This document shows, piece by piece, positions 18,401 through 27,234 of a DNA stretch of 64,000 nucleotides. The stretch covers positions 2,064-66,063 of the forward strand of contig CAZUOY010000004.1 in NCBI GenBank assembly GCA_964622315.1. Direction: 5' to 3'. The stretch comes from an uncultured Oscillospiraceae bacterium. GTDB taxonomy: Bacteria > Bacillota > Clostridia > Oscillospirales > Ruminococcaceae. Position numbers and translations under genes: made by a program. Each line of letters opens with the position of its first letter. Position 1 is the stretch's first letter. The notes under the pieces are model-generated. The model ran no database searches. It was not told where the DNA came from and saw nothing but the letters and a program-made list of their open reading frames with translations.

Positions 18401-20260
18401 GTTGTCGGAATAACCGATGATATTACAGTAAGCGGAACCTGGACCTTCACACCGTACGAATTTACAGTTAGATATTTCGGAAACGGCGGAAGCGGTGTAG
18501 TTACCGACACGAACACTTATCATTACGGTGACACGGTTACTCTGCTTGCAAACGGATTTAGCCGTGAAAATCATGAATTTGACGGCTGGACTATTAACGG
18601 AACTAAGTATGAACCGAACGACACCATCACAATTAAAGGAAACGTCAATGTGTACGCCGACTGGGAGTTCTTGGGTTATAGCGTAACCTACAACTGGGGA
18701 ACGGTTGCTCCCGCAGGCGAAACAAAGCCCGCTGACGGACGCACCTCCTACAGTTTGCCTTACGGTGAATACTTCGACTACGACACAAAATACACCAAGG
18801 GCTACACCGTTACCGACGAGACAGGCACATACGTCTTCAGCGGCTGGAGCATCTCGGGTGATTACTTCGGAATCGGAACGATATTCGATTGGTTCCATGG
18901 AACCAAGATTTGGGGAATCTCCAGCAACATTGCTATAACCGGCAGCTGGCAGTTCACACCTGAGGTTTACGACATCGTTTACAACCTCGATGGCGGAGCT
19001 TTAGAGGCTGGAAAATCGAATCCCACGACATACACTGTGAACGATGAATTTACGCTTGTCAATCCGCAGAAGGAAGGCTTTGCTTTCCTCGGCTGGACGG
19101 GAAGCAACGGAACAGACGCTGATACCGACGTTTCCATTACAAAGGGAACAACAGGAGACAAGGAGTATACAGCTAACTGGACTCCCAAGACTAACTCACG
19201 CTACACAGTTAACCACTATCTCCAGAACGCGGAGAATGATGAGTATACCTTTGATTCTTACGATTTACTCACCGGAACAACAAACACAGACACAGATGCA
19301 AAAGCCAAGGTGTTTGAGAACTTTATCGCGCAGGATATTGAAAATCAGAAGATTGAAGCTGACGGCTCAACTGTAGTGAATGTCTATTATGACCGCGAAA
19401 AGTTCGATGTAGTTTACATGGACGGCACGACCCAGCTCGGCGCTACTGAGAGCTACAAGTTCGGACAGAATGTAACAATCAGAGCGGCGGCTTCCAAGAG
19501 CGGCTACAACTTCAACGGTTGGTTTACAGAGGACGGTGAGGCAGCGAAGGATTTCGTTATGCCTACACAGAACGTGACAATTTACGCAAGATGGTCTGCA
19601 ATTCCGACACCTCCCGTGACACCTCCCGTAACACCGCCCACAACACCCCCCACAGTTATTCCTCCCATTACCCCGCCCCTTGCGCCTCCCGAGGACGTAT
19701 TTACCGTAACCTTCGTTGATTACGACGGTACAGTAATTCGCACCGGAACCTTTGAACTCGGCGACACGGTTTCCTTCCCCGCGGGTCCCTCAAGAGAGAA
19801 TTACGACTTTAGTGATTGGACCTTTGCGACTGGCACGGAGCTTGGCGTAGGCAACACGGTTCAGGGTGACGCAACCTATATGGCGAGCTACATGAGCACA
19901 ATGGACAGAACGATTAACGACCCGTCCATTCCTCTCGCAGACGGCGGCAACGGCTGGGCGATTCTCAACCTTATCCTCACAGTCATAACGGCGCTGACAA
20001 GCGTGCTTATGATAGTCGGCTACTTCACAAAGAAGAAGAACGGCAAGAAGGAAACGACTAAGAGCAAGACCGCAGCGAGATTTGGAACCCTTGTTCCCGC
20101 ACTCGGCGCGATAATCACCTTCATTCTCACAGAGAACATGAACAGCAAGATGATTTTCAGCGACAAGTACACGCTTCTTATGGCGGCAATCGCACTCCTT
20201 GGCGTAGCGGTTTCTGCCTTCGCGATTAGCGAAAAGAAGAATAAAGCAAAAGCAAAATAA
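15431..20260 (+). CDS. Giant cell-surface protein with multiple Listeria-Bacteroides (InlB B-type, Flg_new) repeats, acidic and Pro/Thr linkers and a C-terminal multi-TM anchor
   Basis: Signal peptide MFKKALSTLLAVAMVVTMLPMNVFA after a GGAGG RBS. Repeated modules Y.V.F..NGG.G.M......F......L..N.F.R.GY.F.GW........Y.....V.....D...LYAQW. TPPVTPPVTPPTTPP linker; three hydrophobic helices plus a K-rich end. Confidence 0.85.
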   Translation: MFKKALSTLLAVAMVVTMLPMNVFATSEEPVAEPAIVETVPAEPVAEAPKAETPAEPVAEAPKADVPEAEAPESEDPAGETLEEGELAGETPEEGEPTGETPEEDELAGETPEEDELAGETPETEKPAEEPTVEEEPVAFYENININGTKIEISAEAGIFPNGTTVNVVEVTSAVQGAIEGAVDGEITAMRAFDITFFNANGEEIQPNGNVNVSFKLSVADLPAAAAADKTEVYHMADVNASPEKVAQTSASDSVSINVNSFSIYTIAEVSQAQRKPGGNNDIEIKTFKLEASAGETIELVSTHQGPTTDKKGWKVESGASNLKGGVTAGANKKVGGKTVGTASVTINDNADAGTTIEVVRERQGDKNNQGYKETFIITVKAKTPETPKTVTAKFYIHKIAQEDIDQLEAYGTAPQSDSNYFPSANNGLAKAITVPTDEVSNWGKTDNYTWRTWIFSRGSNIEKWIGDNAPTLSQFANTDGVPNDINCNDPNLEVVWYVIKDQKDGWHVDGYVLTKYTINYELNGGALAEGVTNPTVYTASDAFTLNNPQKPGYTFLGWTGSNGADAETSVSITRGTTGNKEYTANWAPYTYTVEFDGNGGEGTMDDMSFNFDEEKTLDENEFERSGFAFIGWSTQPDGEVEFEDEESVKNLCDENGGTVTLYAQWEQTEYKVDYQWTTDAPSGTTKPGDDVANSENSFKVIVDDNYKENQVVVVTTYGMFGWQTDKYYKFSGWKLNGNVVSGELTISSDTTLTGSWIEVSYRDIVSLQYYGNGNDGGSAPAEKSYYVKGANVKVLANTYTKNGYTFVKWNDNSNGRGNSYNPDGTITLYSSKTLYAQWAPNGYTVKFNANGGEGTMNDMSFKFNETKKLTANAFTRTDYRFIGWSTQADGNVAYSNEARVKNLTNEKDGVVTLYAQWEQIPPTVTYSWSGNIPTGVSLPSSSEATKTNNGFEHSINTSYNSNSVRTTVAGRYTFSGWNTVSGGTISGGKVVGITDDITVSGTWTFTPYEFTVRYFGNGGSGVVTDTNTYHYGDTVTLLANGFSRENHEFDGWTINGTKYEPNDTITIKGNVNVYADWEFLGYSVTYNWGTVAPAGETKPADGRTSYSLPYGEYFDYDTKYTKGYTVTDETGTYVFSGWSISGDYFGIGTIFDWFHGTKIWGISSNIAITGSWQFTPEVYDIVYNLDGGALEAGKSNPTTYTVNDEFTLVNPQKEGFAFLGWTGSNGTDADTDVSITKGTTGDKEYTANWTPKTNSRYTVNHYLQNAENDEYTFDSYDLLTGTTNTDTDAKAKVFENFIAQDIENQKIEADGSTVVNVYYDREKFDVVYMDGTTQLGATESYKFGQNVTIRAAASKSGYNFNGWFTEDGEAAKDFVMPTQNVTIYARWSAIPTPPVTPPVTPPTTPPTVIPPITPPLAPPEDVFTVTFVDYDGTVIRTGTFELGDTVSFPAGPSRENYDFSDWTFATGTELGVGNTVQGDATYMASYMSTMDRTINDPSIPLADGGNGWAILNLILTVITALTSVLMIVGYFTKKKNGKKETTKSKTAARFGTLVPALGAIITFILTENMNSKMIFSDKYTLLMAAIALLGVAVSAFAISEKKNKAKAK
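15662..15800 (+). repeat. About 4.6 tandem copies of a 30-bp coding repeat (AGETPEEGEL decapeptide)
   Basis: GCAGGCGAAACGCCCGAGGAAGRCGAACYC units start at 15662, 15692, 15722, 15752 and 15782. Confidence 0.9.
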
Positions 20261-20277
20261 TTCTTCCCATTAATTTA

Positions 20278-20308
20278 AGCCGGTCAGTTTACTGACCGGC
20301 TTCTTTTA
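20278..20308 (+). terminator. Rho-independent terminator after the surface protein gene
   Basis: AGCCGGTCAG-ttt-ACTGACCGGCT followed by TCTTTTATT. Confidence 0.75.
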
Positions 20309-20535
20309 TTCTGTCTAATCGCGCGCTTATGCAGCATAATCGCAACGCCTTCTTAGCCGCAAGAAAAGATTAAAGCTTTGCTTGCGGCTAATGTCTTTTA
20401 CGAAAGAAAACTAAAATGAAACGATTGCGCAGCCGAGAGCGTGCGGCGTGGCTATTACGGAAAAGACCTCGAAGAAAGGTAAATGTAACGCAAAAGGTCG
20501 GCGTCCCGCAGGACGCCGACCTTAGCTTTGCTTAG

Positions 20536-21720
20536 TTAATTAAAGGAGATAAGCGCGAAGCATCTACCCGTATCTGCCTCGTAAAGAATGGGTACGTTCG
20601 CGACCTTCGCGGAAAAACCGCCTGATTTTAGCCGCTTGTTTATATCGGTCACAAGGTCCTCAATAAAGTCGGTGTCGTTCAGCTGAGCTTCAACGTCAGA
20701 ACCGGTCAACACAAATTCAAAGTAGCGTGGGCCCGCTGTGGCGGCGTTATAGACCGCGTCCTCAAACTTGTCTTTAATGTCCGAAATACTTTCGCCTTCA
20801 AGCCCAAGCTTCGTAAAATAACCGAAGTCGGTTTTACATTCGGGAAGCGGGAAGACTGCCTCGGCGGTATGTGTTTTCGCCATGAAGGCCTCGTCTACAA
20901 GGAAGTATACGTGGGAGACTATCTCATTTCCTCGCGTTTGAGCCTCGGTAAGAGCGGGGCGGTCCCAGGTTACGTCAATATAGTAATAAACGCCGTCCGC
21001 CTTTACGGCGTTCCATGCGTGAGCAACGCTCTCGCCTGCCGTGTTGGTAGCTGTGCCCTGAATGAAGTCGCAATCGGTATTCATAAGGCTCATTATATAT
21101 TGGAAGGCGTGGGCATAGCCGTCGCAGACAGCCGCTTTGTCAACAAGCGCGCCGTAGGCGGTGTGTATCGTTCCCTCGTTAGCCTTCGCGTTATATTCTA
21201 CGTTAGCCGTAAGGTAATCGTGGACGAATAAAACCCTGTCCGTCTCGCTGTTGGGATAGGCGGACTTTGCCGCGGCTACAAGCGTGTTGCAGGCGGTTTT
21301 GAAATTTTCTCGCTTTGCCTCAAGCTCGCTTTGTTCAAAGAAATAGGTCGGAATTATTACAAAGCCGTCGTCCACGTCGCGAAAATAAAGCGAGGAAAAA
21401 TCGACCCAGAAAAGCTCGGGACTGTCGTAAAAAATGCTGTCGCGAACAGCCATAAGGTCTTCGGGCTCGTATACGTCGCGCTTTATCACAATTTCAGCTT
21501 CGCGCGATATAAGCGCCGCCTTGACGATATCGTAAAGCTGTTTGTTGTCGTCGGTAAGCGAACCGCGAAGCTTTCCGCTCTGTTCGTTTATTGAAGCGGC
21601 ATATGGGTTTTTGACCGTCGCCGCCGCTTCGGAAAAGCTCGGCGCGCTCTTGGTATAGAAATAGTAACCGGCGGCGAGAGTTAAAACCGCAGCCACTATG
21701 ACAAAAATCTTCTTTATCAT
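20536..21720 (-). CDS. Transglutaminase-like cysteine protease-fold protein, membrane-anchored
   Basis: N-terminal TM (IFVIVAAVLTLAAGYYF). CDGYAHAFQYIM .. AHAWNAV .. IDVTWD Cys-His-Asp core. Internal ATG 21720 taken as the start. Confidence 0.75.
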   Translation of the reverse strand: MIKKIFVIVAAVLTLAAGYYFYTKSAPSFSEAAATVKNPYAASINEQSGKLRGSLTDDNKQLYDIVKAALISREAEIVIKRDVYEPEDLMAVRDSIFYDSPELFWVDFSSLYFRDVDDGFVIIPTYFFEQSELEAKRENFKTACNTLVAAAKSAYPNSETDRVLFVHDYLTANVEYNAKANEGTIHTAYGALVDKAAVCDGYAHAFQYIMSLMNTDCDFIQGTATNTAGESVAHAWNAVKADGVYYYIDVTWDRPALTEAQTRGNEIVSHVYFLVDEAFMAKTHTAEAVFPLPECKTDFGYFTKLGLEGESISDIKDKFEDAVYNAATAGPRYFEFVLTGSDVEAQLNDTDFIEDLVTDINKRLKSGGFSAKVANVPILYEADTGRCFALISFN

Positions 21721-22025
21721 ATTCCTTTCCCTTTTATACGTCTTTTTTCTTAGTTTACTATAATGCGGAAATATCTTCAATAGATATTTTGTTGCGAGTT
21801 TACGAAAAAACGGAGTGTAAACCGTGTCGCGCTACCTGTTTTGAGGCGCTTTGAGCGTGGCTTATTGACTTGAATGGTTAAAAGGAATATTCTATTAATG
21901 TTGACGGTTTTTCAAAATATGGCGTCTTCGCCGTATTATCGGCGTTACTTTGCTCGAAAAAATCAAAGCTCGGGTTTGTAATGCTTTGCGTCACAAAAGC
22001 CAGTTTATATAATTTGGAGGAAGCT

Positions 22026-22661
22026 ATGCAGAGGATATTGATAGTCGGCGCTCATTACGATGACGCAGAGCTGGGCGCAGGGGGCACAGCCGCGAAGCTT
22101 GTCGCTGAGGGAAAGACGGTCTATAAAATAACACTGACGGACAACAGGACGGAATTTGTACAGCGTAATATTTTTGTCGGTTGCGAAAGCAGCGAGACCG
22201 AAAGCGCGAGAGCCTGTAAGACGCTCGGCGTGACAGAGCTTCCGGATTTCAAGACAAGGGATTGCGGCAAGCTTGTTTATTCTCAAGAAGTAATGCAGGA
22301 GGTCGAGGCGATAATCTTTGATAAGAATATCGACACGGTTTTCATGCATTTTAATCATGATATGAATCAAGACCATGTTGAGGCTTCGCGAATATGCATG
22401 ACCGCCGCGAGACACTGCGACAACATTCTTGCGTATCAAAGCAATGTGTATCAGCTGGATAAGCCGTTTTATCCCTCCTTCTTTGTGGATATTTCAAAAT
22501 ATGTGGATAAAAAACGAGCGGCGCTTGCGTGCTACGGCACGGAACACAACCGCTATAACAAGCTGTTTGAAACAAATGTTGAGCGCAATCACATTTGGGG
22601 GTATTCCAACGAGGTTGAGTACGCTGAGGGCTTTCATGTTATAAAGTTTTTTGAGAGGTAG
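22026..22661 (+). CDS. PIG-L/LmbE-family N-acetylglucosaminyl deacetylase
   Basis: ILIVGAHYDDAELGAGG and HFNHDMNQDH motifs. GGAGG RBS before ATG 22026. Confidence 0.8.
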   Translation: MQRILIVGAHYDDAELGAGGTAAKLVAEGKTVYKITLTDNRTEFVQRNIFVGCESSETESARACKTLGVTELPDFKTRDCGKLVYSQEVMQEVEAIIFDKNIDTVFMHFNHDMNQDHVEASRICMTAARHCDNILAYQSNVYQLDKPFYPSFFVDISKYVDKKRAALACYGTEHNRYNKLFETNVERNHIWGYSNEVEYAEGFHVIKFFER

Positions 22662-22665
22662 CAGT

Positions 22666-23607
22666 ATGGGAAAGGTTTTGTTTATTGCCTGCACCAATGT
22701 CGGGCAGGCTATGATAAGCGAAATATGCGAAAACCCTGAGATAACTTCAAAGGTCTGCGGAATAGTCAATTTGAATATCCGTCGCGGCGCGTCAAAGGCA
22801 AATTACCAAACCTATGCCGACACGGCGGCAGAGTATGATATTCCTATTCACTACTGCGAAAATGTAAACGACGCCGAGACTATAGCCTTCATTAAGGAGT
22901 GCGAACCCGATTTAATTATCCAAACAGGCTGGTCGCAGAAATTTCACGACGAACTGCTTGAGCTGCCTCGTTACGGCTGTATAGGCGAGCACCCCGCGCC
23001 GTTGCCCAAGGGAAGGGGCGCCGCGTGCATAAATTGGGCAATACTTACGGGCGAAACCGAGTGGGGCGATTCCTTTTTCCGTATGGTTTCGCAGTATGAC
23101 AAGGGTGAGCTTTTCGCGCAGGATTATTTCAAAATAGAGGAATACGACACCGTTAAAACCGTTTACGACAAGGTCGCCGAAACCTCTGTGAGAATTATTA
23201 GAGCGCATATCGACGAATGGACGAACGGGCAACTTAACGGAGTTGAGCAGACCGACGAGGGCGCGACATACTATAAAAAAAGATGCCCCGCCGACGGAGT
23301 TTTCGACTTTTCGTGGGACGCAAAGAGAATCCATGATTTTATCAGAGCTCAAACCACCCCGTATCCCGGAGCGTTTTTTCTACTCAACGACAACAAGGTT
23401 ACCGTGCTTCTTTCTTCGCTTAGCGGTAAAAAGTACGAGGGTATCGAAGAGGGAACCATAGTGGGAAGCTGTAAGGGTAAAGTCGAGGTAGTGTGCTCAG
23501 ACGGTGGTTCTGTTTACCTTCACAGGCTCAGATACAAGAATCGACCTGAATGCTGGGCGGCTGATTTTGTCTCTCAAAACGGTATAAAAAGCTTCGCAGC
23601 TAACTGA
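22666..23607 (+). CDS. Formyltransferase-family protein (Fmt/ArnA N-domain-like)
   Basis: CEPDLIIQTGWSQKF, GCIGEHPAPLPKGRGAA and C-terminal Fmt-like beta domain. Confidence 0.7.
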   Translation: MGKVLFIACTNVGQAMISEICENPEITSKVCGIVNLNIRRGASKANYQTYADTAAEYDIPIHYCENVNDAETIAFIKECEPDLIIQTGWSQKFHDELLELPRYGCIGEHPAPLPKGRGAACINWAILTGETEWGDSFFRMVSQYDKGELFAQDYFKIEEYDTVKTVYDKVAETSVRIIRAHIDEWTNGQLNGVEQTDEGATYYKKRCPADGVFDFSWDAKRIHDFIRAQTTPYPGAFFLLNDNKVTVLLSSLSGKKYEGIEEGTIVGSCKGKVEVVCSDGGSVYLHRLRYKNRPECWAADFVSQNGIKSFAAN

Positions 23608-23787
23608 AACAGATTTCGCTGCTTTAACTATAATCGCTTCTCTGCTAAGAACAGGATTTATTATGGTTAAGGAGCGTGAAAAGCTATACGCAAACTGCAT
23701 GCTATGTAGTTTAGTCGGATGCATAGTGTAAAAGCATTATGAATGTTTGCGGCGTCACCGAAGTATCGGTGAAAGAAAGAGGATAAA

Positions 23788-24129
23788 ATGGATAACGACA
23801 GGAAAAAGGAACTGAAGAACGCCTACAGAAGCAGACCTATTATAGGTGGCGTCTGTTGCTTTCGCTGCAGCGGAAACGGCAGGTACTGGATACAAAGCAC
23901 GAGAGACATCGAAGCCCTAAGAAACAGGTTTAACTTTTCGCTTTCAATGAAAACAGCGCCCGAACCGAGTATGCGTGAGGAATGCGAAAAGTACGGCGCG
24001 GATTCCTTTTCGTTTTCCGTGCTTGAGGAACTAAAGAAACGCGAGGACCAAACTGATAAAGAATTTTCGGACGATTTAAAGCTTCTTTACGAGATATGGC
24101 TTGAAAAGGCAAATCAGGGTGAAATTTAG
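23788..24129 (+). CDS. Small GIY-YIG-like (degenerate) protein
   Basis: Layout KELKNAYRSRP.IGGV..FRCSGNGRYWIQSTRDIEALRNRF resembles short GIY-YIG family proteins of Clostridia. The motif is degenerate. Confidence 0.4.
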   Translation: MDNDRKKELKNAYRSRPIIGGVCCFRCSGNGRYWIQSTRDIEALRNRFNFSLSMKTAPEPSMREECEKYGADSFSFSVLEELKKREDQTDKEFSDDLKLLYEIWLEKANQGEI

Positions 24130-24300
24130 TCTGCCGCACGCATCTCGGCGTCTTTAGAGAAGTTACGCCTCGGTTTATAAGCGCTCGCGTTAAGTGGGCG
24201 CTTTATTATTTCTCTTGCGAAAATACTCTTACATAAACCCTCTTGTTTGTGAAGATTAAGCGATAGCGCATGCGAAAAGCTCTTTGTAAGAGTTTTGTTA

Positions 24301-24329
24301 TTGACAATGAGGTGAGAGTAGTTTACATT
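24301..24329 (+). promoter_or_regulatory. Sigma-A-type promoter for the ABC operon
   Basis: TTGACA - 17 nt - TACATT. Confidence 0.5.
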
Positions 24330-24383
24330 AATATGAAATAAAAGCGGCACTGTAAAGAGCCGCTGCCTTGTAAGGGGGATAGA

Positions 24384-25190
24384 ATGAAGCGCTCAAATTT
24401 CAACGCTTACAAGTACATATACAAAACGCGCATACAGAAATCCCTTGCCTATCGGTTTGATGTGTTTGCGGGAATAGTTTTTCAGTGTATCGTAATGTTT
24501 GCCGCTTCTTATTTCTGGAAAGCGCTTTATGCGGGAACAGAGTCGGCGCAGGGAGTACCGATAAACGATATGTTGACCTATACCGTTATTTCAGCGGTAA
24601 TGTCGGTGTTCCTTTCGCCAAACGTAGAGAGAAGGGTAATAGAAAGCGTCCGTCAGGGCACTGTTGCTACGGATATGCTCAAGCCGATAAGACTTTTCGG
24701 AGTGTATTTTTTCGAGGACCTCGGCTATCTTACCTCGCTTATCTTTCAAAACGCCGTTCCTATTCTGTTAATTGCGTCGGTTTGCATTATTGTGCCGAAA
24801 CCCGCAAGTCTTGAGGCGTTTTTGCTGTTTCTTCTCAGCTTCGTGGTTTCCTTTATGATTAATTGGCTGTTCTCCGCCATATTCGCTATGTGGGCGTTTA
24901 CAGCCATAGAAATGGACCCCATGATACAGGTGAAAAGGCATCTCGTTCGTCTGCTTTCGGGCAGTATAATTCCTATCTGGTTTTTTCCGAACTGGCTTTC
25001 GGGAATACTGCGTTTTCTGCCGTTTGTTTACATCTATCAGCTGCCGCTTGAACTGTATATCGGAAAAGGCAGCATAGCCGAACAGCTCCCGAAGATGGGT
25101 ATTCAGCTTTTGTGGCTGTTAATTCTGCTGGCGGTATTTCTTACCCTCGAAAAAAGGGTTCTACGTCGAGTTCTTGTACAGGGGGGTTAA
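24384..25190 (+). CDS. ABC-2-type transporter permease (COG4587-like)
   Basis: Six hydrophobic helices; first gene of a permease-permease-ATPase operon. Confidence 0.65.
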   Translation: MKRSNFNAYKYIYKTRIQKSLAYRFDVFAGIVFQCIVMFAASYFWKALYAGTESAQGVPINDMLTYTVISAVMSVFLSPNVERRVIESVRQGTVATDMLKPIRLFGVYFFEDLGYLTSLIFQNAVPILLIASVCIIVPKPASLEAFLLFLLSFVVSFMINWLFSAIFAMWAFTAIEMDPMIQVKRHLVRLLSGSIIPIWFFPNWLSGILRFLPFVYIYQLPLELYIGKGSIAEQLPKMGIQLLWLLILLAVFLTLEKRVLRRVLVQGG

Positions 25191-25195
25191 GGGAT

Positions 25196-26008
25196 ATGGC
25201 TACTATACGACATTATCTGCGGGTGTTCTTTGAAAGCATACGTCTTAATTTTCTTGTGGCGTTGGAATATCCGGCGAATCTTGCCGGCTGGGCGCTTTCC
25301 AATCCGATACAGTTCATCGTCGGCTTTGCGACGATAAAATTTGTTGTGTCCGAGTTCGGCACGATTAACGGCTGGGGCTATGAACAGCTTGCGTTTTTGT
25401 ACGGAATTTCAGTTATTTCTCACGCGCTTTCAATGGTTTTCTTTATTCAAGGGTGGTTCATGGGCTACTATGTTGTCGAGGGCGATTTTGACCGATACAT
25501 GCTTCGACCAATGAGCGTTTTGTTCCAATTCTTCTTTACAAATATAAACATTGTCGGAATAACCGACCTCATTCCGGGCATCTGCGTTTTCGCATACGGC
25601 TGTGTTAAGGTGGGCTTTGAGTGGAATCTGCTTGCTGTGGCGGAGCTTTTGTCGCTCATTATCGGCGCGACGCTTATTCGCGGCGGAATTTATATCGCTA
25701 TGGGCTCGCTCTCCTTTTGGACAAAGAGCACGAACCAGTTTGCCATGTTTACGCAGGAGTTTTTCGATAAAACAACCATGTATCCACTGACAATGTATCC
25801 TGAGGCGCTACAGTTTATCCTTACCTTTATTATCCCGATAGGCTGGGTTAGCTTCTATCCCGCGGGAGATATGCTCAATATGCAGGGCATGGGTCTCAGC
25901 TTTTCGGGAATGCCGTTTGTGACCCTTGGAGTTGGTGTTCTTGTGTTGTTGATTACCTCGGTTTTCTTCAAAACAGGACTAAAAAGATACGAAAGCGCGG
26001 GGCACTGA
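25196..26008 (+). CDS. ABC-2-type transporter permease (COG3694-like)
   Basis: Multi-TM protein. ATG 25196 lies just after the upstream stop. Confidence 0.65.
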   Translation: MATIRHYLRVFFESIRLNFLVALEYPANLAGWALSNPIQFIVGFATIKFVVSEFGTINGWGYEQLAFLYGISVISHALSMVFFIQGWFMGYYVVEGDFDRYMLRPMSVLFQFFFTNINIVGITDLIPGICVFAYGCVKVGFEWNLLAVAELLSLIIGATLIRGGIYIAMGSLSFWTKSTNQFAMFTQEFFDKTTMYPLTMYPEALQFILTFIIPIGWVSFYPAGDMLNMQGMGLSFSGMPFVTLGVGVLVLLITSVFFKTGLKRYESAGH

Positions 26009-26058
26009 TTATGGCTGACGTGTTACGGAAAAACACCTGTGAAACGGAGGATTTGAAA

Positions 26059-27042
26059 ATGCCTGTCATTAGGGTGGAGCACCTGAGCAAGGATTATAAA
26101 ACAGCAAAAAAAGAAAAAGGCTTAAAGGGAGCGCTTAAAAATTTGTTTACGCGCGAGAAGGTTATTGTTCACGCTGTAAACGATATTAGCTTCAATATAG
26201 AAGAAGGCGAAATCGTCGCCTTTATCGGACCGAACGGAGCGGGCAAGAGCACCACCGTCAAGATGCTCGCGGGTATACTTACCCCGACGGCGGGACACAT
26301 ATATGTTAACGGCCTTGAGCCACAGGAAAACAGGGTTAAGGTTGTTCAGCATTTAGGCGTGGTGTTCGGTCAGAGAACCCAGCTTAACTGGGACCTGCGG
26401 CTCGGCGAGAGCTTTGAGCTGTTAAAGCATATTTATAGGATAGACGAGAAAACGTATAACGAGAACCTGGCGGTAATGGATGAAATTTTAGGTATTAATA
26501 AGTTTATTGATACCCCTGTGCGCCAGCTTTCGCTCGGGCAGAGAATGCGCGGAGATTTGGCGGCGGCAATGCTTCATTCACCGTCTGTTCTGTTCCTCGA
26601 CGAGCCGACTATCGGGCTGGACGTTGACGGAAAGTATGCTATTCGCAAGTTTATTAAAGAGATTAATAAACTGAAAAAGACGACCGTAATACTCACGACC
26701 CACGACCTCGGTGACATTCAGGAGCTTTGCGAGCGACTCATCATCATTAACAGCGGGAAGATTATTGAGGACGGACCGTTAGAGGAGCTTGTAAATAGAA
26801 TTGCACCCTACAGAAGCCTTGTAGTGGAATATATGGACGAGCGATATGCCAAGCACCCAAAAGCACAGCTAATCTCCCACGAGGGCAGCACAGCGGTCTA
26901 CCGCTTTCAGAAGAAGGAGATAACGGCGGCGAAGCTTATACACGATATTTCCGAGAAACAGGCTGTCAAGGACGTGGCGATAGAGGAAGCGAAGATAGAG
27001 GATATTATCCGAATTGCTTACGGAAAAGAGAATAAGGATTAG
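26059..27042 (+). CDS. ABC transporter ATP-binding protein (COG4586-like)
   Basis: Walker A GPNGAGKST, signature LSLGQRMR, Walker B VLFLDEPT. GGAGG RBS before ATG 26059. Confidence 0.88.
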   Translation: MPVIRVEHLSKDYKTAKKEKGLKGALKNLFTREKVIVHAVNDISFNIEEGEIVAFIGPNGAGKSTTVKMLAGILTPTAGHIYVNGLEPQENRVKVVQHLGVVFGQRTQLNWDLRLGESFELLKHIYRIDEKTYNENLAVMDEILGINKFIDTPVRQLSLGQRMRGDLAAAMLHSPSVLFLDEPTIGLDVDGKYAIRKFIKEINKLKKTTVILTTHDLGDIQELCERLIIINSGKIIEDGPLEELVNRIAPYRSLVVEYMDERYAKHPKAQLISHEGSTAVYRFQKKEITAAKLIHDISEKQAVKDVAIEEAKIEDIIRIAYGKENKD

Positions 27043-27234
27043 AAGGAAGGGCGCGTATGCGTCCTTCTTTTACAAATCATAGACGGAACAATTGCCGGGA
27101 ACGGTGAAAATACTTTATTTTTAAAAGCAATGCACGTATATCAAGGAGGGCTGTTACCGACATATCGTTAGTCTTTGTATATTCTTTTAAAAACCGCAGA
27201 CAATATTACCAAAACACAACAAAGGCGGTAGATT

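Noticed and set aside
16715-18898. Minus-strand ORFs of 282 aa and 228 aa (and several plus-strand off-frame ORFs) inside the giant surface protein gene
   Set aside because: They are antisense or off-frame to a continuous 1600-aa repeat protein. They have no motifs and are an artefact of repetitive, stop-poor sequence.
27177-27208. Sigma-G/sigma-F promoter call upstream of spoVT (GTATA ... CAATATTA)
   Set aside because: The spacing (19 nt) and the -10 do not fit the GNATR-17/18-CATNNTA consensus well enough to annotate as a feature.
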